Shown piece after piece: positions 29,341 to 39,251 of a stretch of 64,000 nucleotides of DNA. Source of the stretch: an uncultured delta proteobacterium (GTDB taxonomy: Bacteria; Desulfobacterota; Binatia; UBA9968). Below the pieces are notes generated by a model, which was given only the letters and a program-made list of their open reading frames with translations, made no database searches and was not told where the DNA came from. Position numbers and translations under genes: made by a program. Where the stretch lies: assembly GCA_963745835.1 (NCBI GenBank), contig CAVUZH010000003.1, positions 576,001-640,000 of the forward strand, read 5' to 3'. How positions within the stretch are numbered: the first letter of the stretch is position 1; every line of letters starts with the position of its first letter.

Positions 29341-30345
29341 ATGCAGATCCGTGAACCGGTATTACTCACAGGCGCTGGTTTCACGCGGAATTTTGGAGGA
29401 TTCCTTACCAACCAAATGTGGGATAAGGTCTTCAACCACGAGCAGGTGCAGCACTATCCGTCCTTGGTCAATCTCCTGAAAGACAACTTTGATTTCGAAT
29501 CCGTCTATAACGAGGTGATGGATGGAAACGGCTACCCTCCGGAAGCCCAGATGGCGCTGCAGCAAGCCGTTAAGAACGCATACGATCAGCTCGATGACGC
29601 TACCCGAAACTACTGGGGTTCTTCTGCTTATATTTCTTCGGCCTCACAACCCCTCGTGAACTGGCAAAGCTTTAGCAAACTCCTGGAGCACTTCGCGAGT
29701 GAGGGAAAGGCCAGAGGTTATATTTTCACATTGAATCAGGATCTCTTTGTAGAGCGCTGGCATTCTGGAGACAAGAAACTGCTCAGGATTCTTAGCATGA
29801 CGCCTGGGGTAGACTTTAAAGGCAAAACGCCGTGTCTTGGTTGCGCGGGGGCGAGTTAACCCCAGAGTATTACTTTCAAGCCCCGAGCAATCCTACAGAA
29901 GTCCCAGAGGGTATTTCCAATCTTCTCTATTACGTCAAATTGCATGGGTCAATGAATTGGAGTCAAGTGACGGCGAGATCCAGGTGAACGGCGGGAACAA
30001 ACCTGCCCAGATGCATCGTGAGAAACTTCTGCAGTGGTATTTTAACCTTTTTCAGGAGGTACTCTCTTGTCCAAACCGGCGCCTACTGGTGATTGGTAAC
30101 GGCTTTCAGATCTCCATATTAATGCAGTCATTGCCCGATCTATCCGACAGTATGGCCTCAAAATGTATCTCATTGCCCCCAAAAGCCCAAGATTTTAAGG
30201 ACGGACTCTCCAGGGACGGTGACGAGGACAAAAAGACATTATGGCAAGGTCTTACGCGCTATTGGAACCGGGAGCTGAAGGATGTATGTCCAGCGAATCA
30301 GTCATACTTCGCAGAAGACTCAGAAGAACAATATTTCTGCAATGA
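29341..30345 (+). pseudogene. SIR2-like (SIR2_2) protein, several frameshifts
   Basis: LLTGAGF, IFTLNQD, YVKLHGSMNW (alternate frame ~29925-29960) and LLVIG(N)GF occur in sirtuin-like order; appears more AT-rich than the flanks. End coordinate approximate. Confidence 0.75.
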
Positions 30346-30404
30346 CTACGCGACATCTCCACGCTTGGACCCGTATGCATACTGGTGCTTTCTGACGCCC
30401 AGGC

Positions 30405-31075
30405 GTTAGACCGCACAACCTCATCACGAATGATTCGGAAATACATCAGGCCCGGGACACAGCTTCCGCTGAGGCTGTCGACGAGCGAACGGGACCTCGT
30501 GGTGGAGAAGGCGTTCTTGGATCCGCGGGTTGAGCTGACCCTCCAACGGGCTATCGCGGTCGGCTCCAAGCTCGTGGTCAACTTGAATCTGGTTGACATC
30601 GACGATCTTCTTGGTTGTGTGGCGGCCGAGGCGAATCATTGCGACGACGGCAAAGTCAGGCGCGTGCTCGATGCGATCTGCGATCGCTCAGTGCGTTACT
30701 GGACGAATTCACCGATGAGGCGCCGGCTCCTAAGACGGCCGGTCCCGCGCCGAGTTGAAGCCGCGGTTCACGCCCAAGCAAGGTCAGTATCTGGCTTTCA
30801 TTCACTCGTACAGGGAGCTGCATCGGACACCACCGGCCGAGGCGGATCTTCAGCGGTATTCAAGGTGACGCCTCCTGCTGTGCATACAATGGTCTTGACA
30901 CTGAGCGGCAGGGGCTCGTCGATCGGACACCCGGCCAAGCTCGGTCAATTCGGCTTCGAGTTCCGGCGGCGGAGCTACCGGACATGGGTGAGGCTGATCG
31001 CGCGGTCTAACAAGGGAAGGAGCCGACGCGGCTGGTGAGTCAAAAGGCCGCGCGGCTCATTCGCGATCGTTATTC
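30405..31075 (+). mobile_element. Integron gene cassette with attC (31005-31075)
   Basis: Begins GTTAGACCGC (30405); ends with its exact reverse complement GCGGTCTAAC (31002), a GAGCCGACGCGG/CCGCGCGGCTC stem and GTT (31069). Confidence 0.8.
30430..31000 (+). pseudogene. Cassette gene: unknown N-domain plus LexA/MarR-like winged HTH, frameshifted
   Basis: Across frames: FTPKQGQYLAFIHSY..LH..PPAEADLQRY.KVTPPAVHTMVLTL...G...RTPGQARSIRL. Confidence 0.7.
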
Positions 31076-32575
31076 CCAATTCTGTTCCGCCGCCGCGTTC
31101 TGACCGGCGATTTTTCCTGCGACAAAACATTCCGTGATGTTTCCCGCTTCCAAGTAAAGATGTCCGTAGATCGAGCTGATCTCGCCGGCGACATAGAGCC
31201 GCGGGATCGGATTCTTCATCGGATCGAGGACGCGCTGCTCGACGTCGTGTTCGGGCCCGCCTTGAGTGTTATTCACAATCGGCCAAGCTTCGACGACATA
31301 GAAGGGCGGATTCTTGATGGCCATCATGGTTTTCGGCGGACGTTTATGGTCGTTGTCTTGGCCGTCTTCGCAGAGTGAATTCCAGCGCTCTACCGTTGCT
31401 CTTAGCACTTTTGGATTCACATCGATTTGCCCGGCGATGTCTTCCAGTGAATTTCCTTTTTTGATCCAGCCCTTATTTATCTCGGCGAGATTATCCTCGC
31501 TCCAGGTCGCGTCGTAGCGCTGGTCGTTGACGATGGGGATTCCGATCGGTCCGAGTTTTCTGCCTTCCTCGTCGAAGATGAGATAGCAGGGAATGCGGGG
31601 ATAATCCTGAATATCGGCATCATAAAACTCCAAAGCCCGGGTGCCGGTGTCCTGCGGCGCCGGTGGATACTCGTCCATGAAGCGCTTGCCGAATTTATCG
31701 ACCGCTATCCAGATCATTTTACGGTTCTCGTTGCGCGGACCAGCCCAGACATGGCGAATCGCGAACGGCAGCTCGGGAAACTTAAAACCGTAGCCGCCAT
31801 GGAAGTGCCACATATGCCAGAGTCCGGCCCCTGCTTTCTGCGCCATCTTGATGCCGTCACCGGTGTTGCCGAGGTAGACTGGGTAGACGGGTTGCGCTTC
31901 GAAGTATTGCAGCTTCATAGCATCGTCGTTCTCATAACCGCCACAGGCTAGTACGACACCTTTCCTGGCTCTGATGCGCAGCGGCTTACCATCATGTTCG
32001 GCAACCAGGCCAAGAACTTCCCCGTCACCGCCGGTGATCAATTCCTTGGCCGGCGTCGATAGCATCACCTCGATCCGGCGTTGCTTGACGTTGTCATAGA
32101 CGACTTTGAACAGCCGCGCGCCGCCACGCAGTCCCTTGGCCCAAGGAAAATCGGAATATGCTTGGAAGTCTTTGAGTTTGATCGAATCAATGTCGTTGGT
32201 GCCGGGAAATGGATAGGTGCCGTGACCGCGAGTTTCGGTTTTGGTCGGCTCGGTGCCACTGACTTTGGCGAGGTCGGTAACCCAGTCGATCATCCCGACC
32301 ATCTCCTCGGCCATCTTACGCAAAATATCGTCGGGGGTGGTGCCGTTGCAGGTGCGTTTCAAGTATTGAAAAGCGCCCTCGGCGTTATGGGCAAAGGCGA
32401 CGCCGCCGCCGGACAGAATCGAGATGCCGCCGGGGTGAGGCATCTTTTCGATCAACAAAACGTTCGCGCCTGCATCGTGTGCGGTGATCGCCGAAATCCC
32501 GCCGGCGGCTCCGTAGCCGACTACAATGACGTCTGTTTCTTTGTCCCAGTTGAATGTCTTACCGTTGGTTGCCAA
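31070..32575 (-). CDS. FAD-dependent oxidoreductase (FAD_binding_2; KstD/flavocytochrome-like)
   Basis: DVIVVGYGAAG, GVVLACGGY, NTGDGIKMA, GKRFMDE, TQGG, IPRLYVAGE motifs; AAGGAG RBS, probable TTG start. Confidence 0.9.
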   Translation of the reverse strand: MATNGKTFNWDKETDVIVVGYGAAGGISAITAHDAGANVLLIEKMPHPGGISILSGGGVAFAHNAEGAFQYLKRTCNGTTPDDILRKMAEEMVGMIDWVTDLAKVSGTEPTKTETRGHGTYPFPGTNDIDSIKLKDFQAYSDFPWAKGLRGGARLFKVVYDNVKQRRIEVMLSTPAKELITGGDGEVLGLVAEHDGKPLRIRARKGVVLACGGYENDDAMKLQYFEAQPVYPVYLGNTGDGIKMAQKAGAGLWHMWHFHGGYGFKFPELPFAIRHVWAGPRNENRKMIWIAVDKFGKRFMDEYPPAPQDTGTRALEFYDADIQDYPRIPCYLIFDEEGRKLGPIGIPIVNDQRYDATWSEDNLAEINKGWIKKGNSLEDIAGQIDVNPKVLRATVERWNSLCEDGQDNDHKRPPKTMMAIKNPPFYVVEAWPIVNNTQGGPEHDVEQRVLDPMKNPIPRLYVAGEISSIYGHLYLEAGNITECFVAGKIAGQNAAAEQNWE

Positions 32576-32632
32576 AATGAACACTCCTTTGCATAGGAAA
32601 TTGAATTATCGATCCAAGTGATGTCGCATTCT

Positions 32633-32758
32633 ACAGACCATTCAAAAAGCTGTAGTTGTGAGGCGTGCGAAAATCGATGCGCCGAGGCGTACTCACATGT
32701 ACGTGGAGGTGCAGCGATTGAGAGCAACGAAGCAAATGCGGCTTTTTCAATGGTCTGT
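32633..32758 (-). repeat. Copy 3 of ~126-nt hairpin element
   Basis: ACAGACCATTCAAAAAGC ... GCTTTTTCAATGGTCTGT inverted ends, touching the stop of 32758-33867. Confidence 0.85.
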
Positions 32759-33867
32759 CAGAGCCGCTCTTCGAGCCAGTCCAGCATGTACGGAACGTTA
32801 TGCGCCCAATAGTCGTGGCTGCAGTGAACCCGCCCGGCGCCATCCTCCTCATTGTATATCCTGAGAGTTTTGTCCTTGGCGCCGATCTCGGAGAACAGTC
32901 GTTTGGCGCCTTCAACCGACATCAAAGTGTCTTTGTCGCCGTGGGTAATCAAAGTAGGGCAGGTGATGTTTTGGGCGATACCCGCCATGGTGAAATCTTT
33001 TAATCGCTTACGGGCCTCTTCGTGGCTGACTCCGCCGAGCAAGCGCTGCACGGTCGGTTGCAAGTGATGACAGAAATCGTAGAGATCGTCGAGAATGCTG
33101 TAACAACCGCTCCAGGCGATGAGAGCTTTAATGCGCTTGTCGAATGCGGCTACACGGGGCGCGTAATAACCGGCCATGCTGATGCCGATTAAGGCCATCC
33201 GATTGGGATCTACCTCCGGACGAGAGATCAGGTAATCGAGACAGGCCTTGCCCGGGACTTCGTAATCCGGCCGAGTGCCGATGTTTTTGAGATAAATCGA
33301 TGAGCCGCGTCCCGGCGTGTCAACCAGCAGCACGGCCCAGCCCCGTTCGGTCATCAGCTTGGCAGCGAAGTAGATCTCCTCGGCGTAAGCATCGGCGCCG
33401 CCGAGAAAAAAAATCGCCGGCCACTTACCGGCCGCGGGGTTAGTGGGATGACAGAAGTAGCCATCATACTCGTCTTCACCGCATTGAACGGAGATCACTT
33501 CGATGGCCGGCGTATTCAATCCTGCCCCGGCACGAAAGCACTCTTGAGCTTTGCGGAAGCGTTCTGCTTTGCGGTCATTCTCTTGATAGGTGAGAAACAC
33601 ATCGGACATGCGGTAATACTGGTTGGCGTGGAAAAAATAATCCCGCGCAGTAATCTTTCTTCCGGCCCCCAGGGCTTCTGTGGCGCGCGCTTCGGTCTTC
33701 TCTGCCAGCTCGAGCCAGCCTTTTTCCCAGCTTTGTTTATCTCCGGGTTTGATATCTCGACACGTCCGGGCGATGTCGAATAGATCGCCGCCGCCTTGCT
33801 GCGCCTGCGCCACCAGTCTCAAGGTCTGGCCGCCAAAAGGTTCTGTGGGAAATAAGAAATCGAACAT
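32758..33867 (-). CDS. Alpha/beta hydrolase (FrsA/2,6-dihydroxypseudooxynicotine hydrolase-like)
   Basis: GGADAYAEE, DTPGRG, GISMAGYYAPR nucleophile elbow, HGDKD and VHC catalytic positions. Confidence 0.88.
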   Translation of the reverse strand: MFDFLFPTEPFGGQTLRLVAQAQQGGGDLFDIARTCRDIKPGDKQSWEKGWLELAEKTEARATEALGAGRKITARDYFFHANQYYRMSDVFLTYQENDRKAERFRKAQECFRAGAGLNTPAIEVISVQCGEDEYDGYFCHPTNPAAGKWPAIFFLGGADAYAEEIYFAAKLMTERGWAVLLVDTPGRGSSIYLKNIGTRPDYEVPGKACLDYLISRPEVDPNRMALIGISMAGYYAPRVAAFDKRIKALIAWSGCYSILDDLYDFCHHLQPTVQRLLGGVSHEEARKRLKDFTMAGIAQNITCPTLITHGDKDTLMSVEGAKRLFSEIGAKDKTLRIYNEEDGAGRVHCSHDYWAHNVPYMLDWLEERL

Positions 33868-34050
33868 ATTCACCTCAGTGCTATCAAATCTGCCGCCGCT
33901 TTCGGGTACGGACATTCAAGAGGTGATCTTACTGCAAATCCGTTTCTAAAGTCTACGCGCGGAAGCGGTTGACAGAGTCGCCGGTGATCATGATAGTTTT
34001 GAGCGATTAAGTATCTTTTAAATACGCGACGATGATAGGGAGCGATTCGG

Positions 34051-35174
34051 ATGAAATCGGGTTTCAAGATTATGGATTCGGATATGCATTTGCGCGAGCC
34101 GGCAGATCTCTGGGACAAATACATGGAACCGGAATTCCGCGATCAGGCGCCGAAAATTTTAAGTTCGACAGCGCGAAGCTCGGCGATGGTTTTGCTCGAT
34201 GGCAGGATTCTGCAGGGCTATCAGCCAACCTACCGCGGCGGCATATTCGATGCGACGCGCATCGATGACGAGATTGCCGATGCGCGCGCGAGAAAGTTCG
34301 ACAGCGCCAGCCAACTTCAGGCAATGGATCGCGAAGGATTGGACGTGGCGGCGCTCTATCCGTCGATCGGATTGGGAATCATGATGCGGGAACAAATCAA
34401 TCCGAAGCTCGCCGCAGCCATGGCGCGCGCTTACAATAATTGGCTCTACGATTTCTGCCAGGCTGATCCCAAGCGACTCAAAGGCGTGGCGATGCTGCCG
34501 CTTCACGATCCCGCCGAAGCCGTCAAAGAAGCGCAACGCGCGATCGGCAAGCTCGGGTTTGTCGGAGTTTTCGCCCGGCCCGAGCCTTTGCATGATTTGC
34601 CGTGGCATTCCCGTTATTTCGATACCCTATGGTCGGCCCTCGAGGAGCTTGGAGTCCCGCTGGGTTTTCATTCGGCGGCGGCGGCAGGCGAGCTACCGCA
34701 AATCGGCGATCGTTTCGGCGATAATCTGCTGCTCCGCCACGTGGTCTCTCATCCGATGGAAAACATGCTGGCGATGGCGGATATTATCGGTGGCGGCGTG
34801 TGCGACCGGCACCCCAAACTCAAAGGTGGCGTTTCTGGAATGTTATTGCGGTTGGGTTTCGTTTCTCCTGCACCGCCTGGACAATGCCATGGAAAAGGGA
34901 CGCTTTCCCACCGCGGGCAAGTTAAAACCGAGCGAATATTTCCAACGACAATGCTGGATCTCGACCGAGCACGAAAAAGAGTTGCCGATGATCATCGAGC
35001 CTGATGGGCGATGACAACATCGTATTTTCTACGGATTACCCGCACGGCGACTCCGACTTTCCGCGCGCCGTGGAAGAGTTTTTGGAAATGGGCGGGGTTT
35101 CAAAAGAGAGCCAGAAGAAAATTTTGTGGGACAACTGCGCGCGCCTTTATGGGCTAACAGTTAATCGGAATTAG
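34051..35174 (+). CDS. Amidohydrolase_2 family protein (two frameshifts)
   Basis: DSDMH, AYNNWL, RHPKLK / VAFLE, FSTDYPHGD, KILWDNCARLY across three frames. Confidence 0.85.
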
Positions 35175-35363
35175 AATGATGGAGTCGATGGAGCTGATGC
35201 TGTCCGAATCAATGCTTCGACATCCGAGTATCTCTCACCTCTCGATGAGGTGAGCCTTAGCAGTAGGGCGTCGCAAATGATCTTACACGTATCGGAGTGC
35301 CAGGCGAGCGTACCCGTAAAGCCAAATTCTAACCTTCTCTCTGTTTCAAGTCGGAAGGAATCG

Positions 35364-36385
35364 ATGACCATGCGGAAAGATCGAAAATCGAAAATGGTTG
35401 GGGTTCTTTGTCCTTGCTGATCGCGATTCTGCGATTGTGCGCGGCTGTGGCTCGACGCGCAGCAGACAGGGAAAATTTTCCGCATAGGTTTCCTGGATAC
35501 ATAGCACTGCTTCTGGTAGCGCGGTCCTCGTGGAAGCGTTCCGGCAGGAGCTGCGCAAGCTTGGCTGGATTGAGGGAAAGAATATCACCATCGAGTACCG
35601 GTTTGCCGAGCAAAAGCGTGAGCGGCTACCTGAGCTTGCGGCGGACTTGGTTCGTCTCAAGGTTGATCTGATCGTGGTCACAGGGACGACCACCGGCGTT
35701 AGCGGCGAAGAAAGCGACCACGACCATCCCCATCGTGATGGCGAACGCTGGGGACCCCGTGGGTGCAGGTCTGGTTGCCAGTCTGGCGCGGCCGGGAGGC
35801 AATGTCACTGGGCTCTCGAGTTTAGGGCCGAGCTAAACACGCAAAAGGCTAGAGATACTCAAGGACGCGGTCCCCAAGCTCGCCCGAGTTGGACTTCTGC
35901 GGTCGCCGGGAGCCAGCATAGCAGAGACCTCCAACTGAAAGAGCTCAGGCCTGCGGCTGTGGCACTGAAGCTAAAATTGGAGGAGATCGAGACTCAACTC
36001 GACGCCAAAGGTTTAGAGAGCGCCTTTCAAACCGCAAAGCAGAAACAGGTGGGCGCGATTATGACGACCACCACTCGCCACTTTTTCGCTGAAAGAAAGC
36101 GGATCGTCGAGCTTGCCGGCAAATACCGGTTGCCGGCTATTTACTTTTCAGAAGGAGTTTGTCGATGAGGGCGGTCTCATGTCCTACGGGGCGGACTACG
36201 ATGACCTCTATCGGCGCGCGGCTGTTTACGTGGACAAGATCTTGAAAGGCGCCAAACCGGCTGATTTGCCGGTGCAGCAGGCGACGAAGTTTGAATTCGT
36301 CATAAACCTTAAGGCGGCAAAACAGATTGGTCTGACAATTCCGAACCGCGTGCTCGAGCGGGCGAATACAAGTGATTCAAGTTGA
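35364..36385 (+). pseudogene. ABC_sub_bind-type substrate-binding protein, multiply frameshifted
   Basis: GWIEGKNITIEYRFAE, SLARPGGNVTG (alternate frame), GGLMSYG, YVDKILKGAKPADLPVQQATKFEFVINLK. Confidence 0.85.
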
Positions 36386-36411
36386 TGACAGGCAATAGGC
36401 AACAGGCAAAG

Positions 36412-36471
36412 GTAGGGGTCGGACTTATGTGTCCGCCCGTTCGGAGGGCCGACACGCAGGTCGGCCCTTGC
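36412..36471. repeat. GTAG-type REP doublet
   Basis: GTAGGGGTCGGACTTATGTGTCCGCCC ... GGGCCGACACGCAGGTCGGCCCTTGC, two inverted imperfect palindromes. Confidence 0.75.
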
Positions 36472-36528
36472 TGACATGCAGTTCCGATTCTGATCCGACA
36501 ATCGAAAATCCAAAATCTAAAATCTAAA

Positions 36529-38799
36529 ATGAAATTGGGAGGTGAATCTTGGCATTATCGCACCATTGGAAAGACGCTGCCCCGCATCGAGGGCGAAGGG
36601 AAAGTTACCGGACAAACAAAGTACGCGGCGGACTTGCCGTTCGAAAATCTGCTGTGGGCTAAAGTTCTGCGCGCTTCGGTGCCGCACGCGCGGATCGTCA
36701 ATATCGATACGTCCAAAGCAAAGGCGCTGAAAGGCGTGCGCGCCGTGCTGACCGGCGCGGATGTCAAAGATATTTACGTCGGCACGCGCGTAAAGGACCA
36801 ACCGGTCCTGGCTTACGACAAAGTTAGGATGGGCGGCGATGCGGTGGCGGCAGTGGCGGCCGATAGTGAGGAGATCGCGGAAGAGGCGATTGGACTGATC
36901 GATGTTCAGTATGAAGAGCTCCCTTACGTCGAAGATCCGGTCGAAGCGTTGAAACCCAGCGCCCCACTGATTCACGACGACCGCGGCAAATATAAAAACG
37001 CGCCAAAATTGCCGGAAGGTGTTTCGCCGCACAACCTGCAGTCCTACGTGTTGTGGAAAAACGGCGACATCGAAGCCGGTTTCCAGAAGGCGGCGCGAGT
37101 ATTCGAGCATACTTTCCGCACGCCGCTATCGCATCACGGTTATATCGAGCCCTGTGCCTGCACGGTGCAGGTTCACGACGACGGCCGGGTCGAAGTGTGG
37201 GCGTCGAACAAAGGGCCCTGGGGTTTGCGCGAACAGATGGCGGAAGACTTCGGCGTGCCGAAGGAAAAAATCAAAATCCATATCGTTCACGTCGGCGGCG
37301 ACTTCGGCGCCAAGGCATCATTGATCGACGTGCCGGTGGCTTATTACCTATCGAAGGCGACCAAACAGCCGGTAAAGTTGGTTTTCGACTACACGGACGA
37401 GCTTCTCGCCGGCGGCCACCGCCATCCCGCGGTGCTTGCGCTGCGAACGGGCGTAGATCAGGACGGACATTTTACCGCGATCAAAGCGACTATCCATTTT
37501 AGCGGCGGCGCTTACGGCTCGCAGAAAGCCAATCCTCAGGTGACCGTGCTCGGCGGACGGCGCCTGGCGAGCATGTATCGAGTGCCGGCGATCAGCTGCG
37601 AGACTTATTGCTCGTATACCAATCAGGTTCCTTGCACCCAAACGCGCACGCCGGGCAGTCCGCAGGTCGTGTTCGCGTTCGAGTCGCAGGTGGAAATCAT
37701 CGCCAAGGAGATGGGCATCGATGCTCTCGAGTTGCGCCGAAGGAATATTCTGCACGACGGCGATGCCAATCCCATGGGTGAAAAATGGACCGATATTCTC
37801 ATGGGCGAAGTGCTGGAACGCGTCGTGAAAACTTCCGGCTGGAAGAAGGACGGAGCGAAGAAAAACCGCGGCTGGGGCATGGCGCTCTATGATCGCGGCA
37901 CGCCGGAAGGGAAAGCGAGCTCGGCATTGACGCTGGAGGCCGACGGCAAGGTCAATATCCTCACCGGCGTGCCCGATGTCGGTCCCGGATATTATACCGT
38001 CAGCCAGCAAATGGTCTGTGAAACGCTCGGGCTGCCGCCGGAGAAAGTTGGCGTGGTTTTCAAAGACACCGATAGCCTGCCTTTCGATCCCGGCACCGGC
38101 GGCAGCAAACAGACGAATACTTCCGGTCACGCGGTCAATCAGTCCGCGCATGAGGTGCGCGAGAAATTAGTCGCCCTGGCGGCGCGGGAATTAGGTTGTC
38201 AGCCGGAGGAGATTCGGCAGGAGGGCGGCAAGCTCACGGCGCCCAACAAGAAGTCGACGACAACGCAAAAGATGATCGAGCTGGCTGTCAAAGAAAACGG
38301 CGGCCCGGTCTTTCACCTGACCAATTTTGTCCCCAAGGACATGCCGAAGGTAACCGGCTTCGCGGCGCAAGTGGCTGAGGTGGAAGTTGATCCGACTACC
38401 GGTGGCGTGAAGGTTCTAAATTTGACCACGGCGCACGATACCGGCACGGTGCTCAATCATCTCACGCTCACCGGGCAGATCGAAGGCGGAATCATTACCG
38501 GTCTTGGCTTTGCATTGATGGAAGAGAATCCGATGATTGATGGCAAGATCGCAACATTGACTTTAGGCGAGTCCAAGCTGCCATGCATCGCCGACGTGCC
38601 GCCGTTGAAAACCGTGTTGGTCGAAAGTCCCACCGGACCGACGCCGTTCGGCGGTAAAGCGATTGCCGAAAATCCCAACGTGCCGACAGCGGCGGCGATC
38701 GCCAATGCGATCGCCGATGCTTGCGGCGTGCGAATTTTTGACTTGCCCTTGTCGCCGGAAAAGGTCTTCTGGGCGTTGCACGGAAAGATCAATAACTGA
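36529..38799 (+). CDS. Xanthine dehydrogenase-family molybdopterin-binding subunit
   Basis: KVTGQTKYAAD, PHARI, HGYIEP, VGGDFGAK, GQIEGG, GPTPFGGK motifs. The true start may be TTG at ~36549 after GGAGG. Confidence 0.92.
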   Translation: MKLGGESWHYRTIGKTLPRIEGEGKVTGQTKYAADLPFENLLWAKVLRASVPHARIVNIDTSKAKALKGVRAVLTGADVKDIYVGTRVKDQPVLAYDKVRMGGDAVAAVAADSEEIAEEAIGLIDVQYEELPYVEDPVEALKPSAPLIHDDRGKYKNAPKLPEGVSPHNLQSYVLWKNGDIEAGFQKAARVFEHTFRTPLSHHGYIEPCACTVQVHDDGRVEVWASNKGPWGLREQMAEDFGVPKEKIKIHIVHVGGDFGAKASLIDVPVAYYLSKATKQPVKLVFDYTDELLAGGHRHPAVLALRTGVDQDGHFTAIKATIHFSGGAYGSQKANPQVTVLGGRRLASMYRVPAISCETYCSYTNQVPCTQTRTPGSPQVVFAFESQVEIIAKEMGIDALELRRRNILHDGDANPMGEKWTDILMGEVLERVVKTSGWKKDGAKKNRGWGMALYDRGTPEGKASSALTLEADGKVNILTGVPDVGPGYYTVSQQMVCETLGLPPEKVGVVFKDTDSLPFDPGTGGSKQTNTSGHAVNQSAHEVREKLVALAARELGCQPEEIRQEGGKLTAPNKKSTTTQKMIELAVKENGGPVFHLTNFVPKDMPKVTGFAAQVAEVEVDPTTGGVKVLNLTTAHDTGTVLNHLTLTGQIEGGIITGLGFALMEENPMIDGKIATLTLGESKLPCIADVPPLKTVLVESPTGPTPFGGKAIAENPNVPTAAAIANAIADACGVRIFDLPLSPEKVFWALHGKINN

Positions 38800-39251
38800 A
38801 ATGGCGATCAGGTTGTTAGGACATCAAACCGCGTTCAGGTGAAAGTAGTGGTTGCTTGTAGCAGTGCGGCGGACGACAAGCACTAATATCGAGCCTATTC
38901 GTCGCGGCTTTCGCGCTCGTCTGTTGATTGCGCAACGTCGACTCGTTCTGAAGTTGAAGGAGAGTTGCTTGGATAAACGTGGATTCACCCCGATTGTTAA
39001 GGAGGGTTGCGGCGCGAAAATTAAAGTAATTGATTATATGTCAGGAACTACCTGCGAGAGCTTGGCGAGGCTGATTCTCTGCGTGGATGAGATCGATAGA
39101 GGACCATAGAGGCGCGGCTTCGCTTGCGGACACGTCGTTGAACATTTTCGAATCAGTTTCGCATGTTGTGATTGATAGTCTCCGACGCAAATGGAATTTC
39201 TCGAGCTAGAGAAGATTACCAAGGTGCTTCAAAACCGATGGCGAGGCAATT

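Noticed and set aside
26974-38151. Long opposite-strand ORFs such as 26974-27714, 36517-37110 and 37348-38151
   Set aside because: They shadow well-supported genes, have no motifs, and are expected from codon bias in GC-rich DNA.
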